From an uncultured Pseudomonadota bacterium (GTDB lineage Bacteria; Pseudomonadota; Alphaproteobacteria; RF32; CAG-239): 64,000 nt of DNA. The stretch covers positions 5,510 through 69,509 of the forward strand of contig CASEZG010000003.1 of the NCBI GenBank assembly GCA_949292375.1, given 5' to 3'. Shown here piece by piece: positions 19,889 through 28,779 of the stretch (its first letter is position 1; each line of letters opens with the position of its first letter). The notes under the pieces are model-generated. The model was not told the DNA's origin, searched no databases, and worked only from the letters and a program-made list of their open reading frames with translations. The translations under genes were made by a program, and so were the position numbers.

Positions 19889-20845
19889 GTGCGCATCAAG
19901 AAAATCACAGCCCCCGATATGCCGACTGCTTTGTCTCTGATAAGAGAAAGTCTGGGCCCTGATGCAGTCATAATTTCTGAGGAGCATAATGCCAAGGGAG
20001 AACTGGAATTAACTATAGCCTTAGAAGAGGCGGAGGAAATATCTTTCGATAAGGAAGATAGAGCAGAAGTTCGTCAAGCCAGATGGAAGTATGATGACGA
20101 GGCTCTCCGAGAAAGTTTAGAATATCATACGTTGTTAGATGTTGTAAAAGATAGAATATTGGCACGTTGTCGCAAGATTTCGGCAGAAGAGAACATCCGC
20201 GACGACAAAGAACTATTATCGCGTTGTTTTGCGCAAATGTTCAAGTTTCATGATGTTTTGGATTGCAAGCAACCGGTTAAAATGTTTATGGGCGTTCCGG
20301 GGTCAGGAAAATCCACAGCCATAGCCAAAGTTGCCACTCAGGCAAAAATACAAAAGCTTAGCGCCTGCATTATCTCAACGGACAATGTCAGAGCCGGAGC
20401 CAACAGCCAGTTGCAAGCCTTTGCCGATATCTTGGAAACAAATTTTCGGTTCGTAAAAAGCCCTCGAGGTTTATACGATATGGTTGAAGACGCCAAACAA
20501 AAATATGCCTTGGTTTTGATAGACACCCCCGGAATAAATCCTTTTTTGCAAGAAGAAGTTGAAAAAGTCAGCCTGATGACGGAGGCAGTCCGAGCAGATA
20601 TGATATTAACGATGGATGCCGGCAAAAATACAATGGAAGCCGTAGAGGTTGCGGATGTTTTTGCCGAAATAGGTGCAAATTATTTATTGCCGACGAGGTT
20701 GGACCTAACCCGCAGAATAGGAGCCTTATTATCGGTTGCCGGCTGTTGTGAACTAGGCTTCTGCGGCGCAAGCGTGAGCTCAAGCATAGCCAAAGGTTTG
20801 TCTGAAGTTGATAGCTTATCGTTGGCAAAATTAGTTTTATCCTGA
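19889..20845 (+). CDS. flhF: Flagellar placement SRP-type GTPase FlhF
   Basis: GTG start. N-terminal B-domain (IKKITAPDMPTALSLIRESLGPDAVIIS). G1 GVPGSGKST, G3 DTPG, G4 TRLD. Confidence 0.88.
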   Translation: MRIKKITAPDMPTALSLIRESLGPDAVIISEEHNAKGELELTIALEEAEEISFDKEDRAEVRQARWKYDDEALRESLEYHTLLDVVKDRILARCRKISAEENIRDDKELLSRCFAQMFKFHDVLDCKQPVKMFMGVPGSGKSTAIAKVATQAKIQKLSACIISTDNVRAGANSQLQAFADILETNFRFVKSPRGLYDMVEDAKQKYALVLIDTPGINPFLQEEVEKVSLMTEAVRADMILTMDAGKNTMEAVEVADVFAEIGANYLLPTRLDLTRRIGALLSVAGCCELGFCGASVSSSIAKGLSEVDSLSLAKLVLS

Positions 20846-20862
20846 AAGATGGGAGAAAGAAG

Positions 20863-21672
20863 ATGGAAGAAAAAGGACAAGAAGAATTACGGGTAATGCC
20901 GCGAGGCGGAATGCCGAGAGGAGCGCGCAAAGGTCGTAATATGATAGCCGTTGCATCAGGCAAAGGAGGCGTCGGCAAGACATGGTTTTCCATCACCTTA
21001 GCCCATGCTTTAAGTGGCTTAAGACAGAAAACGCTTTTGTTTGACGGCGATTTAGGACTGGCAAATATTGATATTCAACTAGGCTTAATGGTTAAGGACG
21101 ATTTAGGTAGCGTCATTAGCGGAGCCAAAACGCTTAATCAAGTTGTACATCATTGTGACAAGACACGATTTGATATCATAGCCGGCCGCTCAGGTTCGGC
21201 GGGCCTGGCTTCAATGCCGATAGGCAGATTGCAGATATTGGGTGAGGATTTGTCGCTTTTGACCTCAAATTATAACAAGGTTATTCTGGATATGGGGGCT
21301 GGTGTAGAAAAGCCCGTGCGTATTTTGTCCGGCATGGCGGAAAAAATTATTGTTCTTTGCACCGGAGAACCAACATCTTTAACCGATGCCTATGCTTTTA
21401 TAAAAATTATGACAATGCAGTATCCGAAATGTAATCTGAATGTGGTTATCAATCAGGCAAATTCCTTAAGAGAAGGACAAAGAACATATGATACATTGTT
21501 AAAAGCATGTCGTAATTTTCTGAAGATATCACCGGAGTTATTAGGTATAATCAGACATGACACCAGAGTGCGCGATTCTATCCGCAACCAAACGCCTCTG
21601 ATAAATAGATATCCGACGTCGGAAGCTGCAGAAGATGTTATAGAAATAGCAAGGAAATTGATAGATGAATAA
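20863..21672 (+). CDS. flhG: MinD/ParA-type flagellar number regulator FlhG (FleN)
   Basis: Deviant Walker A VASGKGGVGKT. Position immediately after flhF. Confidence 0.88.
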   Translation: MEEKGQEELRVMPRGGMPRGARKGRNMIAVASGKGGVGKTWFSITLAHALSGLRQKTLLFDGDLGLANIDIQLGLMVKDDLGSVISGAKTLNQVVHHCDKTRFDIIAGRSGSAGLASMPIGRLQILGEDLSLLTSNYNKVILDMGAGVEKPVRILSGMAEKIIVLCTGEPTSLTDAYAFIKIMTMQYPKCNLNVVINQANSLREGQRTYDTLLKACRNFLKISPELLGIIRHDTRVRDSIRNQTPLINRYPTSEAAEDVIEIARKLIDE

Positions 21673-23308
21673 TGTTATTCCGCCGCTGAATTCCCCACAG
21701 ATAAACACGCCGACAACAGAAAATTCGGTTACCGGCAGTATAGAAAATTTGGGTGGACAATTAAGCGGAGAAAACATTACAATCGGGCAAAGCGCAATGT
21801 TGGAAGTTTTGGCTTCCGCCAAGCAAAATGCTTTAAAAGCTTTGTCGGGAACAATCAGTCTGACAATCAATAACCAACTCGTAAAAATTCCCGTAGAAAT
21901 AAAATTAGATATACCGCTCAAATTGCCGGAAAATACATCTCCGCAAAATAACCAGACCAATAATATTGAGCTAAAGCTGCAACCGCAAAAAGATGGAGGC
22001 ATTGCGGTAAAACTTATTTCAATAAATAATGAAAATCCGACAAAGTTTATTATGCCGCAAACCGAAAATTTGCCCAAAAATGAAAATACTCAGGCAATAA
22101 TTAAAGACACGGGAACAAGACTTCCGCCGATGGAAACCACCCCGCTAAAAGCGACAAGCATACTTGAAAAAATGGTGGCAGAGTTGAAAATTCCGCAAAA
22201 CAAACTCCAACCTTTGATGCACGAATTTCAGAATATGTCATCACGAGTTTCCGTAAGTTTAAGTGAAGATTTTTCCTTATCGCAAAGTTTGCCTTTGAGT
22301 GAAAAAGCCTCTCAAAATATCCAACAAATTACAACAAATATTCAAAATTTGGTTAAAGATTTTAGTGATGGTAAAATAGATTTACCTGAAGCGATTCGAC
22401 AAATTAAAACCGAATTAAGCACCCTCAAAGGACAAACATTTATAACCCCTGCGGAAGTTCGTCCTGAAAATAATGTGGTCTTGCTTAAAACACCTTTGGC
22501 AGAACTTCCGTTAAAAGAAAGCGTTAAGTTAGGAAATGGTTTACCTTTGTTGCTTGAGGTCGAAGGTTTTGAAGAAATTTTGCCGCAATTATCCGAGCTT
22601 GAAACAAAACAAATAGCCACCGCGCAGGCGGCGTCAAAAAGCACCCCGCCGGACAATATTATGAAAATACTTCGTCCGCTGCTAAACGCCGGACAACAAG
22701 AGTTAGCCACAGCAGTCTTGAACAAAATTCCCCAACCCACATCACCGAAGATGTTGGCAAATATGGTGTCATACATCAAAGCCGGAAGCGAGCATAATCT
22801 AAGCAAGTGGTTGGGAGCAGAGATTGTAGACAAGCTAAGCGCGACCAAAGAGGGTAGAGAGGTTGTTGCCAAGTTGGGAACAATGTTTGTATCCTCCAAT
22901 CAGGATGGTATAAATTGGCGGATTATGGAAGTTCCCGTGCTCAACGGACAAACCATTAATAAAATCAGAATAGCCGTCAAAAAAATTTTGGATGAAGAGG
23001 AAAAGAAAAAGCGCAAAGAAAACAGGTTATACGGAACACGTTTTGTCGTAGATACCAATTTCAGCCGTCTGGGCTCATTTCAGTTTGATGGCTTCGCTCT
23101 GGCCAAAGATAAAAGATTTGATTTGGTTATCAGGACGGAAAAAGAAATCGGCTCGGATTTTTGTGCCAATATAATACGTTTGTTCAAAAATACGTTATAC
23201 GAGGAAGGATATTCAGGCAACGTCAAAATTAATGTTAAAGAAAAGTTTATTAAAGTATGCGAAGATAATGCAGAGAATGAATTTTTAGCAGACGGAATTT
23301 TCATATGA
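21665..23308 (+). CDS. Uncharacterised flagellar-operon protein, C-terminal region FliK-C-terminal-like
   Basis: Its ATG overlaps the flhG stop by 8 nt. 547 aa with no TM and a Pro/Asn/Gln-rich N-terminal half. The C-terminal pattern (FSRLGSFQFDGFALAKDKRFDLVIRTEKEIG..GYSGNVKINV) parallels the Flg_hook region of FliK in this window. Confidence 0.6.
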   Translation: MNNVIPPLNSPQINTPTTENSVTGSIENLGGQLSGENITIGQSAMLEVLASAKQNALKALSGTISLTINNQLVKIPVEIKLDIPLKLPENTSPQNNQTNNIELKLQPQKDGGIAVKLISINNENPTKFIMPQTENLPKNENTQAIIKDTGTRLPPMETTPLKATSILEKMVAELKIPQNKLQPLMHEFQNMSSRVSVSLSEDFSLSQSLPLSEKASQNIQQITTNIQNLVKDFSDGKIDLPEAIRQIKTELSTLKGQTFITPAEVRPENNVVLLKTPLAELPLKESVKLGNGLPLLLEVEGFEEILPQLSELETKQIATAQAASKSTPPDNIMKILRPLLNAGQQELATAVLNKIPQPTSPKMLANMVSYIKAGSEHNLSKWLGAEIVDKLSATKEGREVVAKLGTMFVSSNQDGINWRIMEVPVLNGQTINKIRIAVKKILDEEEKKKRKENRLYGTRFVVDTNFSRLGSFQFDGFALAKDKRFDLVIRTEKEIGSDFCANIIRLFKNTLYEEGYSGNVKINVKEKFIKVCEDNAENEFLADGIFI

Positions 23309-24489
23309 GCAAGACTGAGAACAAAACATTTTCTTTTGACCCTCTGGGATATTATGAAATCTTGGGCGTTGCATATAATGCTCCGGAAGAAGAGATAAAG
23401 CAGAATTATCGAGAAAAGGCAAAGGTTCTGCACCCTGACCGCAATCCGGATGAAAATGCTTTGGAAAAGTTTCAAAAGCTGTCGGTTGCTTATGATGTTT
23501 TGAAAGATGCAAACTCTCGTCTGATATATGATTTAATGGCGCAAGCCCACCCGAAAGAAAGTTTTCCGGATATCAATGCTCTCAAAGCTTATAAAAACCA
23601 TAGCGGAGAAGAGGACATAAGCGTAAGGACAATTGCACTGCGTCAAGTAACCGGAAAGATTATTAAGTTTTCGGACGTTGAAAATCATGAAATTTGTAAT
23701 TTTAAGGAAGCCCAGACGGCGGTCTTGTTGGCTTCAATTTCAAACTGGTTTTTAGGTTGGTGGCATCCGAAAGCCTTTGGCAGAAATTTACAGGCATTGC
23801 TTGAAAATTTTAAGGGAATTAATGCCAACCGTCAGGATAACTTCACGCTTTTAACGCATAATGCTGTGGCGTATTGGGAAGACGGCAAAAGAGAGCAGGC
23901 TTTGTTGTCTGCATTGCAGGCCGGATATTATGCCAATGCATATCAGAAAGGTTTGTTGAATAAATTTATTGCAATGCTGAATATCAGAACGACGGCAAAA
24001 CTTCCCACATGGAATTGGGGCAGATTAAAAGCCTTGCAATTAATAATACCGGGATTTTTGGTCTTGGCAGTTTTGCTTTCTTTAACCAGCCGTGTAATGA
24101 CGGATTCGGAGCTGGCGAAATATTTTGCCAAGAAAAATGAGATAACCTATTTTCAACAAGTCCAGTTTCGCACCGGCGGAGAAACGGTTGATGACATGGT
24201 TGTCGGTCGTATTATTGACCTACCGGCGGACTCAACAGATACAAAACTTTTGTACCATACGGTTTCTGCCGTAAATGCCATGCATGGCCCCTCTGATGAA
24301 TTTGATATAATGAAACAACTCAAAGCACGTCAAACGGTTCGGGTAACGGGATATACGCCGGACAATATTTGGTATCGCGTACAGATAGATAATGGCGAAA
24401 TGGGCTTTGTTCGTGCCGAGTTTCTAAAGAAAGGCGTCGGAGCCAAAATCCCCGATGGCAGCAAGGTTTATACCGGACCCGAAATCTGA
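23305..24489 (+). CDS. Membrane-anchored J-domain protein with C-terminal SH3-like domain
   Basis: ATGA overlap with the previous gene. J domain with HPD (YYEILGV..KVLHPDRNP). TM LQLIIPGFLVLAVLLSL. C-terminal SH3_3-like region (VTGYTPDNIWYRVQIDNGEMGFVRAEFL). Confidence 0.85.
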   Translation: MSKTENKTFSFDPLGYYEILGVAYNAPEEEIKQNYREKAKVLHPDRNPDENALEKFQKLSVAYDVLKDANSRLIYDLMAQAHPKESFPDINALKAYKNHSGEEDISVRTIALRQVTGKIIKFSDVENHEICNFKEAQTAVLLASISNWFLGWWHPKAFGRNLQALLENFKGINANRQDNFTLLTHNAVAYWEDGKREQALLSALQAGYYANAYQKGLLNKFIAMLNIRTTAKLPTWNWGRLKALQLIIPGFLVLAVLLSLTSRVMTDSELAKYFAKKNEITYFQQVQFRTGGETVDDMVVGRIIDLPADSTDTKLLYHTVSAVNAMHGPSDEFDIMKQLKARQTVRVTGYTPDNIWYRVQIDNGEMGFVRAEFLKKGVGAKIPDGSKVYTGPEI

Positions 24490-24660
24490 ATATTTTGTGT
24501 ATAAATAAAAATATTTTGTCTATTTTGGCTTGACAGAAAATGTTGCCGTATTATATTCAACAATACAAAAGCTATTATTAGGGATGAATTTTAGACTAAA
24601 ATCTTATTTCAAAAACCTAAAAATAGCGAAAAAGATTGTTGAACTTAAAAAAATTTCTGT

Positions 24661-25005
24661 ATGAAAGCAAAAAAATTTTTCTGTGATGGCGGTTTAATTG
24701 CATCAAACAGTGTTAATAAAACAACCTGCTATGCCGCTGTTCGTCGGGGCTCTGCCGGAGTCTACGGACGTTATGAAGTCGGACGTTCATATGTGGTAAA
24801 AGTTGAAAACGGCAAACCTCAGTTTCCGATTTTCAGCACGGAAGAAAAAAGCAAAATCAAAGTCGTCTGCCAAGGCGATTTGAAGTTGGAAGATGGCAAA
24901 TACTACGAGTTTCTGCTCATCAAAGTAATGCTTGGGTCTTGCCGTAAGCTTGAAAAAATCAAATTTCGCGCCCTTCGCGAGGTTACTCCCGACGAATGGG
25001 AATAG
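24661..25005 (+). CDS. Hypothetical protein (114 aa), monocistronic
   Basis: Own TTGACA-N16-TATATT promoter-like site at 24530-24557 and its own terminator. No recognisable motifs and no obvious Shine-Dalgarno. Confidence 0.5.
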   Translation: MKAKKFFCDGGLIASNSVNKTTCYAAVRRGSAGVYGRYEVGRSYVVKVENGKPQFPIFSTEEKSKIKVVCQGDLKLEDGKYYEFLLIKVMLGSCRKLEKIKFRALREVTPDEWE

Positions 25006-25025
25006 AAGTAAGATTAATTTAAAAA

Positions 25026-25066
25026 GAAAAGCTTTTCATTGGTCAGACGCCTTTGAAAAGCTTTTT
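25026..25066. terminator. Bidirectional terminator between convergent genes
   Basis: GAAAAGCTTTTC appears twice (25026-25037 and 25054-25065) and can pair. T-run on the + side and A-run on the other. Confidence 0.7.
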
Positions 25067-25088
25067 TGTTTTTATAAAGACAAAGGAG

Positions 25089-25871
25089 CTAAAGTTTAAT
25101 CTGAGTAACGGATTTTGCTAGACCTGTAGTATCATCTGTTTCAACAAAAATCCCAAACAAAGTTCCCTTTCCTTTAGCCGGAACAAGACGACCGCCGGTA
25201 TAACGACGATTTAAGCGATTAATGGGTTCCTCAACTTCAAACCCCAGAACAGATTCATAATCGCCGCACATTCCAACATCCGTAATATAAGCTGTTCCTT
25301 TAGGTAAAACTCTGGCATCAGCCGTTGGCACATGCGTATGTGTACCGGCAACAATGGAAACGCGTCCGTCCAGAAAATACCCCATAGCCAGTTTTTCAGA
25401 AGTTGCTTCAGCATGAATATCCACCAAGATGGCAGCAATATTTTTACCGAGAGTATAGTTTTTCAAAAGTTTCTCAATCGCTTGCGCCGGACAATCCACG
25501 GCTTCCATAAACAAGCGCCCCAAAACTTGCGCAACCAAGATTTTTTTGCCGTTAGCAAGCTCAATTTCAACGGCCCCGCGCCCCGGCAATCCCTCAGGAT
25601 AATTCAACGGACGCACGATTTTTTTGCAGTCATTAAGAAAAGGGATTATATCTCGTTGTTGCCAAACATGGTTACCCGTAACCAAGGCATCAACGCCTTT
25701 TTCCAAAAAGTCGCGGCAAATTCCCGGACTAACACCGAAACCATGCGCCGCATTTTCCACATTAACCACAATCACATCGGGTTTATAAGTTTCACGAAGT
25801 TCAGGCAGATTATTAAGAACAGCTTCCCTACCGGCGCGTCCGACAACATCTCCGCAATAAATGATTTTCAC
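25089..25871 (-). CDS. ymdB: YmdB-family metallophosphoesterase (2',3'-cyclic-nucleotide phosphodiesterase-like)
   Basis: MKIIYCGDVVGRAGR..VVNVENAAHGFG..TGNHVW signature of TIGR00282-type proteins. Confidence 0.9.
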   Translation of the reverse strand: MKIIYCGDVVGRAGREAVLNNLPELRETYKPDVIVVNVENAAHGFGVSPGICRDFLEKGVDALVTGNHVWQQRDIIPFLNDCKKIVRPLNYPEGLPGRGAVEIELANGKKILVAQVLGRLFMEAVDCPAQAIEKLLKNYTLGKNIAAILVDIHAEATSEKLAMGYFLDGRVSIVAGTHTHVPTADARVLPKGTAYITDVGMCGDYESVLGFEVEEPINRLNRRYTGGRLVPAKGKGTLFGIFVETDDTTGLAKSVTQIKL

Positions 25872-25902
25872 TTAAACAAACTTTCAAAATATTTTAAAAC
25901 TC

Positions 25903-26100
25903 AAAAATCCCGCAACGGGATTTATAAATCAAAGGGAGGGGCCGTCTCAGCCGTATAATGACATTCTTATCGAACCGCTTCTCACAAAGTGGGTGCCATT
26001 TAATTAAACCAGGGTTTAAACAGTGACAGCTCCCTAAATAAAAATGTTGGCTCGGAAGATCTGCGGAAACAACGCACCGGACAGCTCGCCTCCTATGCCC
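25903..26100 (-). ncRNA. ssrS: Probable 6S RNA (ssrS)
   Basis: About 195 nt non-coding and GC-richer, immediately downstream of zapA (the classical zapA-ssrS synteny). It ends in a hairpin plus U-run (AAATCCCGTTGCGGGATTTTT on the - strand). The 5' GGAGG and 3' CCUCC segments and internal stems can pair into a rod-like fold. Ends are approximate. Confidence 0.5.
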
Positions 26101-26105
26101 CTAGC

Positions 26106-26459
26106 TTACAATGATTCGATTTGATTTGCAACAAAATTTATCTGATTGGTAATCTTATCCAGAGCCTCAGCCGTAAGCTTATCCGTTTCAAGGAGTCGCT
26201 GTTTGTCTAAGGCAGCAGGCGAGGGAGACTGCGCAGTGGCAGTTGTGTGATTCCCCTTGCGTAATTCGGACAATTCGTCAGCCAAAAGCAGCCCGACCAT
26301 TGCAAGCAGCATATTTTCATTGACTTGCCCGCTGGCCTCGGTCAAAAGCTTTGCTTTTTCATCAAGCATGCGAGCAAGTTGTAAAATGCGAACTTCTTGC
26401 CCGTCCTCACAAGCGACGGCATATTCGCGCGAATTAATTGTTATTGTTACTTGAGCCAT
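26106..26459 (-). CDS. zapA: Cell division protein ZapA
   Basis: 117 aa. VTITINSREYAVACEDGQE..L..A..LD pattern typical of ZapA. Confidence 0.85.
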   Translation of the reverse strand: MAQVTITINSREYAVACEDGQEVRILQLARMLDEKAKLLTEASGQVNENMLLAMVGLLLADELSELRKGNHTTATAQSPSPAALDKQRLLETDKLTAEALDKITNQINFVANQIESL

Positions 26460-26703
26460 TGTTTTCCAATACGTTGTCCAGTTTCAAAATAATCTCGTCC
26501 ATTTGTCCGATGATATGGGCAGAATTTTCTTTCAAAAAAGCAATTTTACCTTCGCTTTCTTTGAGCTTGGCTTCATTATTTTTCCTTTGCTGTGCAAGTT
26601 CTTCTTTCTTGGCAGAAAGAACAGAGGCAAGCTTGTCCAAAGCCTCGCTGAGAGAGGCAAGCGCATCGGCCGTCATCGGCAAATCGGAATTTTTTGCGTC
26701 CAT
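26434..26703 (-). CDS. Coiled-coil DUF4164/ZauP-like protein (ZapA upstream partner)
   Basis: Short coiled-coil protein overlapping the zapA start, as for alphaproteobacterial zauP. Start placed at the internal Met (MDAKNSD). Confidence 0.6.
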   Translation of the reverse strand: MDAKNSDLPMTADALASLSEALDKLASVLSAKKEELAQQRKNNEAKLKESEGKIAFLKENSAHIIGQMDEIILKLDNVLENNGSSNNNN

Positions 26704-26795
26704 AGTCAAAATTCTCTTTCTTTTACAAGATTCTTTAAGTATATTGAAGAGCATATTATAACATAAAAAATCAATTACAAGCGGCAAACGAAATT

Positions 26796-27338
26796 ATGCA
26801 AAAGTTTATTATCGCAATTACCGAAGAAAATGATGAGTTGATTCAAGATTCTGCCATAGAATGTTATCTTTTAACATCAAGTTTGAGCAAGAAGTTTATG
26901 TCAGACTTTGCGACAAAAGCGGCTAAAGCTCAAAAGTTGGCCTTGGTGCAAGGTGAAAATGCGCCGGCTTTAAGCAAAGAGTTGGGGTTGGATGGTTTTG
27001 TCTTGGATGTGTCTCATTCAGAGAAGATAAAAGCCGAATTTGAAAAAGCCAAAAAAGCGGCCGGAAGTGATAAAGTTTCGGGTTTGATTGTGCGCAATCG
27101 TCGCCATGAGGCAATGATAGCCAGCGAATGCGAGCCCGATTTTATAATCTTTCAGGCTTGGAAAGAAGGCCTGGAAAATACCCGAGAACTTGTATCCTGG
27201 TATTCTGAGTTGTTTTTAATCCAATCAGCGATTCTTTGTGAAGAAGACATCGATTTTGAGAGCCTGAATGCCGATATCGTAATATTAAATGACAAATCAT
27301 ATAAGATTTTTGTTGCTAAAAAACAAAGATTAGATTAA
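26796..27338 (+). CDS. Hypothetical protein, weak thiamine-phosphate-synthase (ThiE/TenI)-like pattern
   Basis: 180 aa. The spacing of LALVQGE..LGLDGFVLDV..GLIVRN..EPDFIIF loosely follows the ThiE TIM-barrel motifs. This is a weak call. Confidence 0.3.
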   Translation: MQKFIIAITEENDELIQDSAIECYLLTSSLSKKFMSDFATKAAKAQKLALVQGENAPALSKELGLDGFVLDVSHSEKIKAEFEKAKKAAGSDKVSGLIVRNRRHEAMIASECEPDFIIFQAWKEGLENTRELVSWYSELFLIQSAILCEEDIDFESLNADIVILNDKSYKIFVAKKQRLD

Positions 27339-27387
27339 TTTGCCCTTAATCATTTCATTTCAAAAATTGTAAATATGGAGAGTAAAT

Positions 27388-27951
27388 ATGAAACAGTTAG
27401 CAGGATCAATCAGAATTGGTTGGGTAATTGAATACAAAGGCAAACCCTGGACGGTGGTTAAAGCTATGCATATTAAGCCGGGTAAAGGTGGCGCATTTAT
27501 GCAGGTTGAGCTGAAGTCTGTTGAGGAAGGTACCAAAACCAACGAACGTTTCAGAACAGAAGATAACGTAGAAAAATTGATGGTTGAAGAAAGAGATTGC
27601 CAATTCTTGTTTGAAGACAGCAATGGTTTGACCTTTATGGAAAGTGATACTTTTGACCAATTCACAATGCCTGCGGATATCTTAGGCGATTCTCGCCCGT
27701 TTATGACGGAAGGTATGGCTGTTCATGTAGACTTCATTGAGGGTCGTCCGATTTCGGTTGAACTCCCCTTACAGGTAACTTGCGAAGTTGTTGAAACAGA
27801 GCCTGTTGTTAAAGGCCAAACAGCAGCATCTTCATACAAACCGGCTATTTTGGATAATGGCGTACGTTGTATGGTTCCTCCTTTCATTAATACCGGCGAC
27901 AAGATTGTTGTTGGCACGGCAGAAGCAAACTATGTAGAGAGAGCAAAATAA
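27388..27951 (+). CDS. efp: Elongation factor P
   Basis: 187 aa. HIKPGKGGAFMQVELKS loop and three OB/KOW-like domains. Confidence 0.97.
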   Translation: MKQLAGSIRIGWVIEYKGKPWTVVKAMHIKPGKGGAFMQVELKSVEEGTKTNERFRTEDNVEKLMVEERDCQFLFEDSNGLTFMESDTFDQFTMPADILGDSRPFMTEGMAVHVDFIEGRPISVELPLQVTCEVVETEPVVKGQTAASSYKPAILDNGVRCMVPPFINTGDKIVVGTAEANYVERAK

Positions 27952-27952
27952 C

Positions 27953-28753
27953 ATGTCATATCTTTCACCTTTTATGACGCAGTTGATATCTGCAGTGAAG
28001 AAAGCGTCTGGTTCTTTGAACCGCGACTTCAGTGAGATAGAACAACTGCAATCCTCGGTCAAAGGGTATAAAGAATTTGTCGTTATGTCCTACGGCAAGG
28101 TAGAACGTGCGCTTAGAACCGAATTGGCAAAAATCAGACCTGATTATCCGATAGCCATAGATGGTTTACCCAAACCGCAAGGTCCATACTTTATCGTTTC
28201 GCCGATTGACGGCTTGAGTAACTTTGCTCATGGCGTTGCGCATTTCGCCGTTTCTGTTGCTGTTTTTGAGAATAATACCATAACGGCGGCAGTGGTTTAC
28301 AATCCGGCCTCAGATGAAATGTACTTTGCCGAGAAGGGAAAAGGAGCTTATAAAGAAGGCTTCCGCAATCACGAAAGACTTCGTGTCTCTGCGCGCAAAG
28401 ATGTAGCTGATGCGCTCATTTCCACTTTGGTGAACTATAAAAAAGCGGCATCAGAATATCTGAAGTTACATGACAAAATCGTAAAAGCAGCAGATAACGT
28501 TCGTGTCTTAGGTGCTGTTTCTTTGGATTTGGCTTATGTGGCAGCCGGAAAGCTGGATGCAACCGTAAGTTTGAGCAACAAATTCTCAGAAATAGCTGCG
28601 GGTTTGCTCCTGGTAAAAGAAGCCGGCGGATATATTTTGGATATAAATCAGAAGGATAACCGCACAGAGCAGTTGAATCTTGTTTTAGAGAGCGGTAACC
28701 TGATAGCAACCAATGCGGAACTTTCCAAAAAGGTATATGATTTGGTGCGCTGA
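27953..28753 (+). CDS. suhB: Inositol monophosphatase family protein (SuhB-like)
   Basis: 266 aa. SPIDGLSNFAHG (DPIDGT-type) and C-terminal metal-binding region. Confidence 0.9.
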   Translation: MSYLSPFMTQLISAVKKASGSLNRDFSEIEQLQSSVKGYKEFVVMSYGKVERALRTELAKIRPDYPIAIDGLPKPQGPYFIVSPIDGLSNFAHGVAHFAVSVAVFENNTITAAVVYNPASDEMYFAEKGKGAYKEGFRNHERLRVSARKDVADALISTLVNYKKAASEYLKLHDKIVKAADNVRVLGAVSLDLAYVAAGKLDATVSLSNKFSEIAAGLLLVKEAGGYILDINQKDNRTEQLNLVLESGNLIATNAELSKKVYDLVR

Positions 28754-28779
28754 TTTAATTTTTATTATGGGGAAAAGCA

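Noticed and set aside
20160-20174. TGGCAC-containing sigma-54-like site inside flhF (TGGCACGTTGTCGCA).
   Set aside because: The GG-to-GC spacing is one nt short of the consensus and the site lies within a coding sequence. Other TGGCAC occurrences (about 1327, 29268 and 30850) lack a -12 TTGC element.
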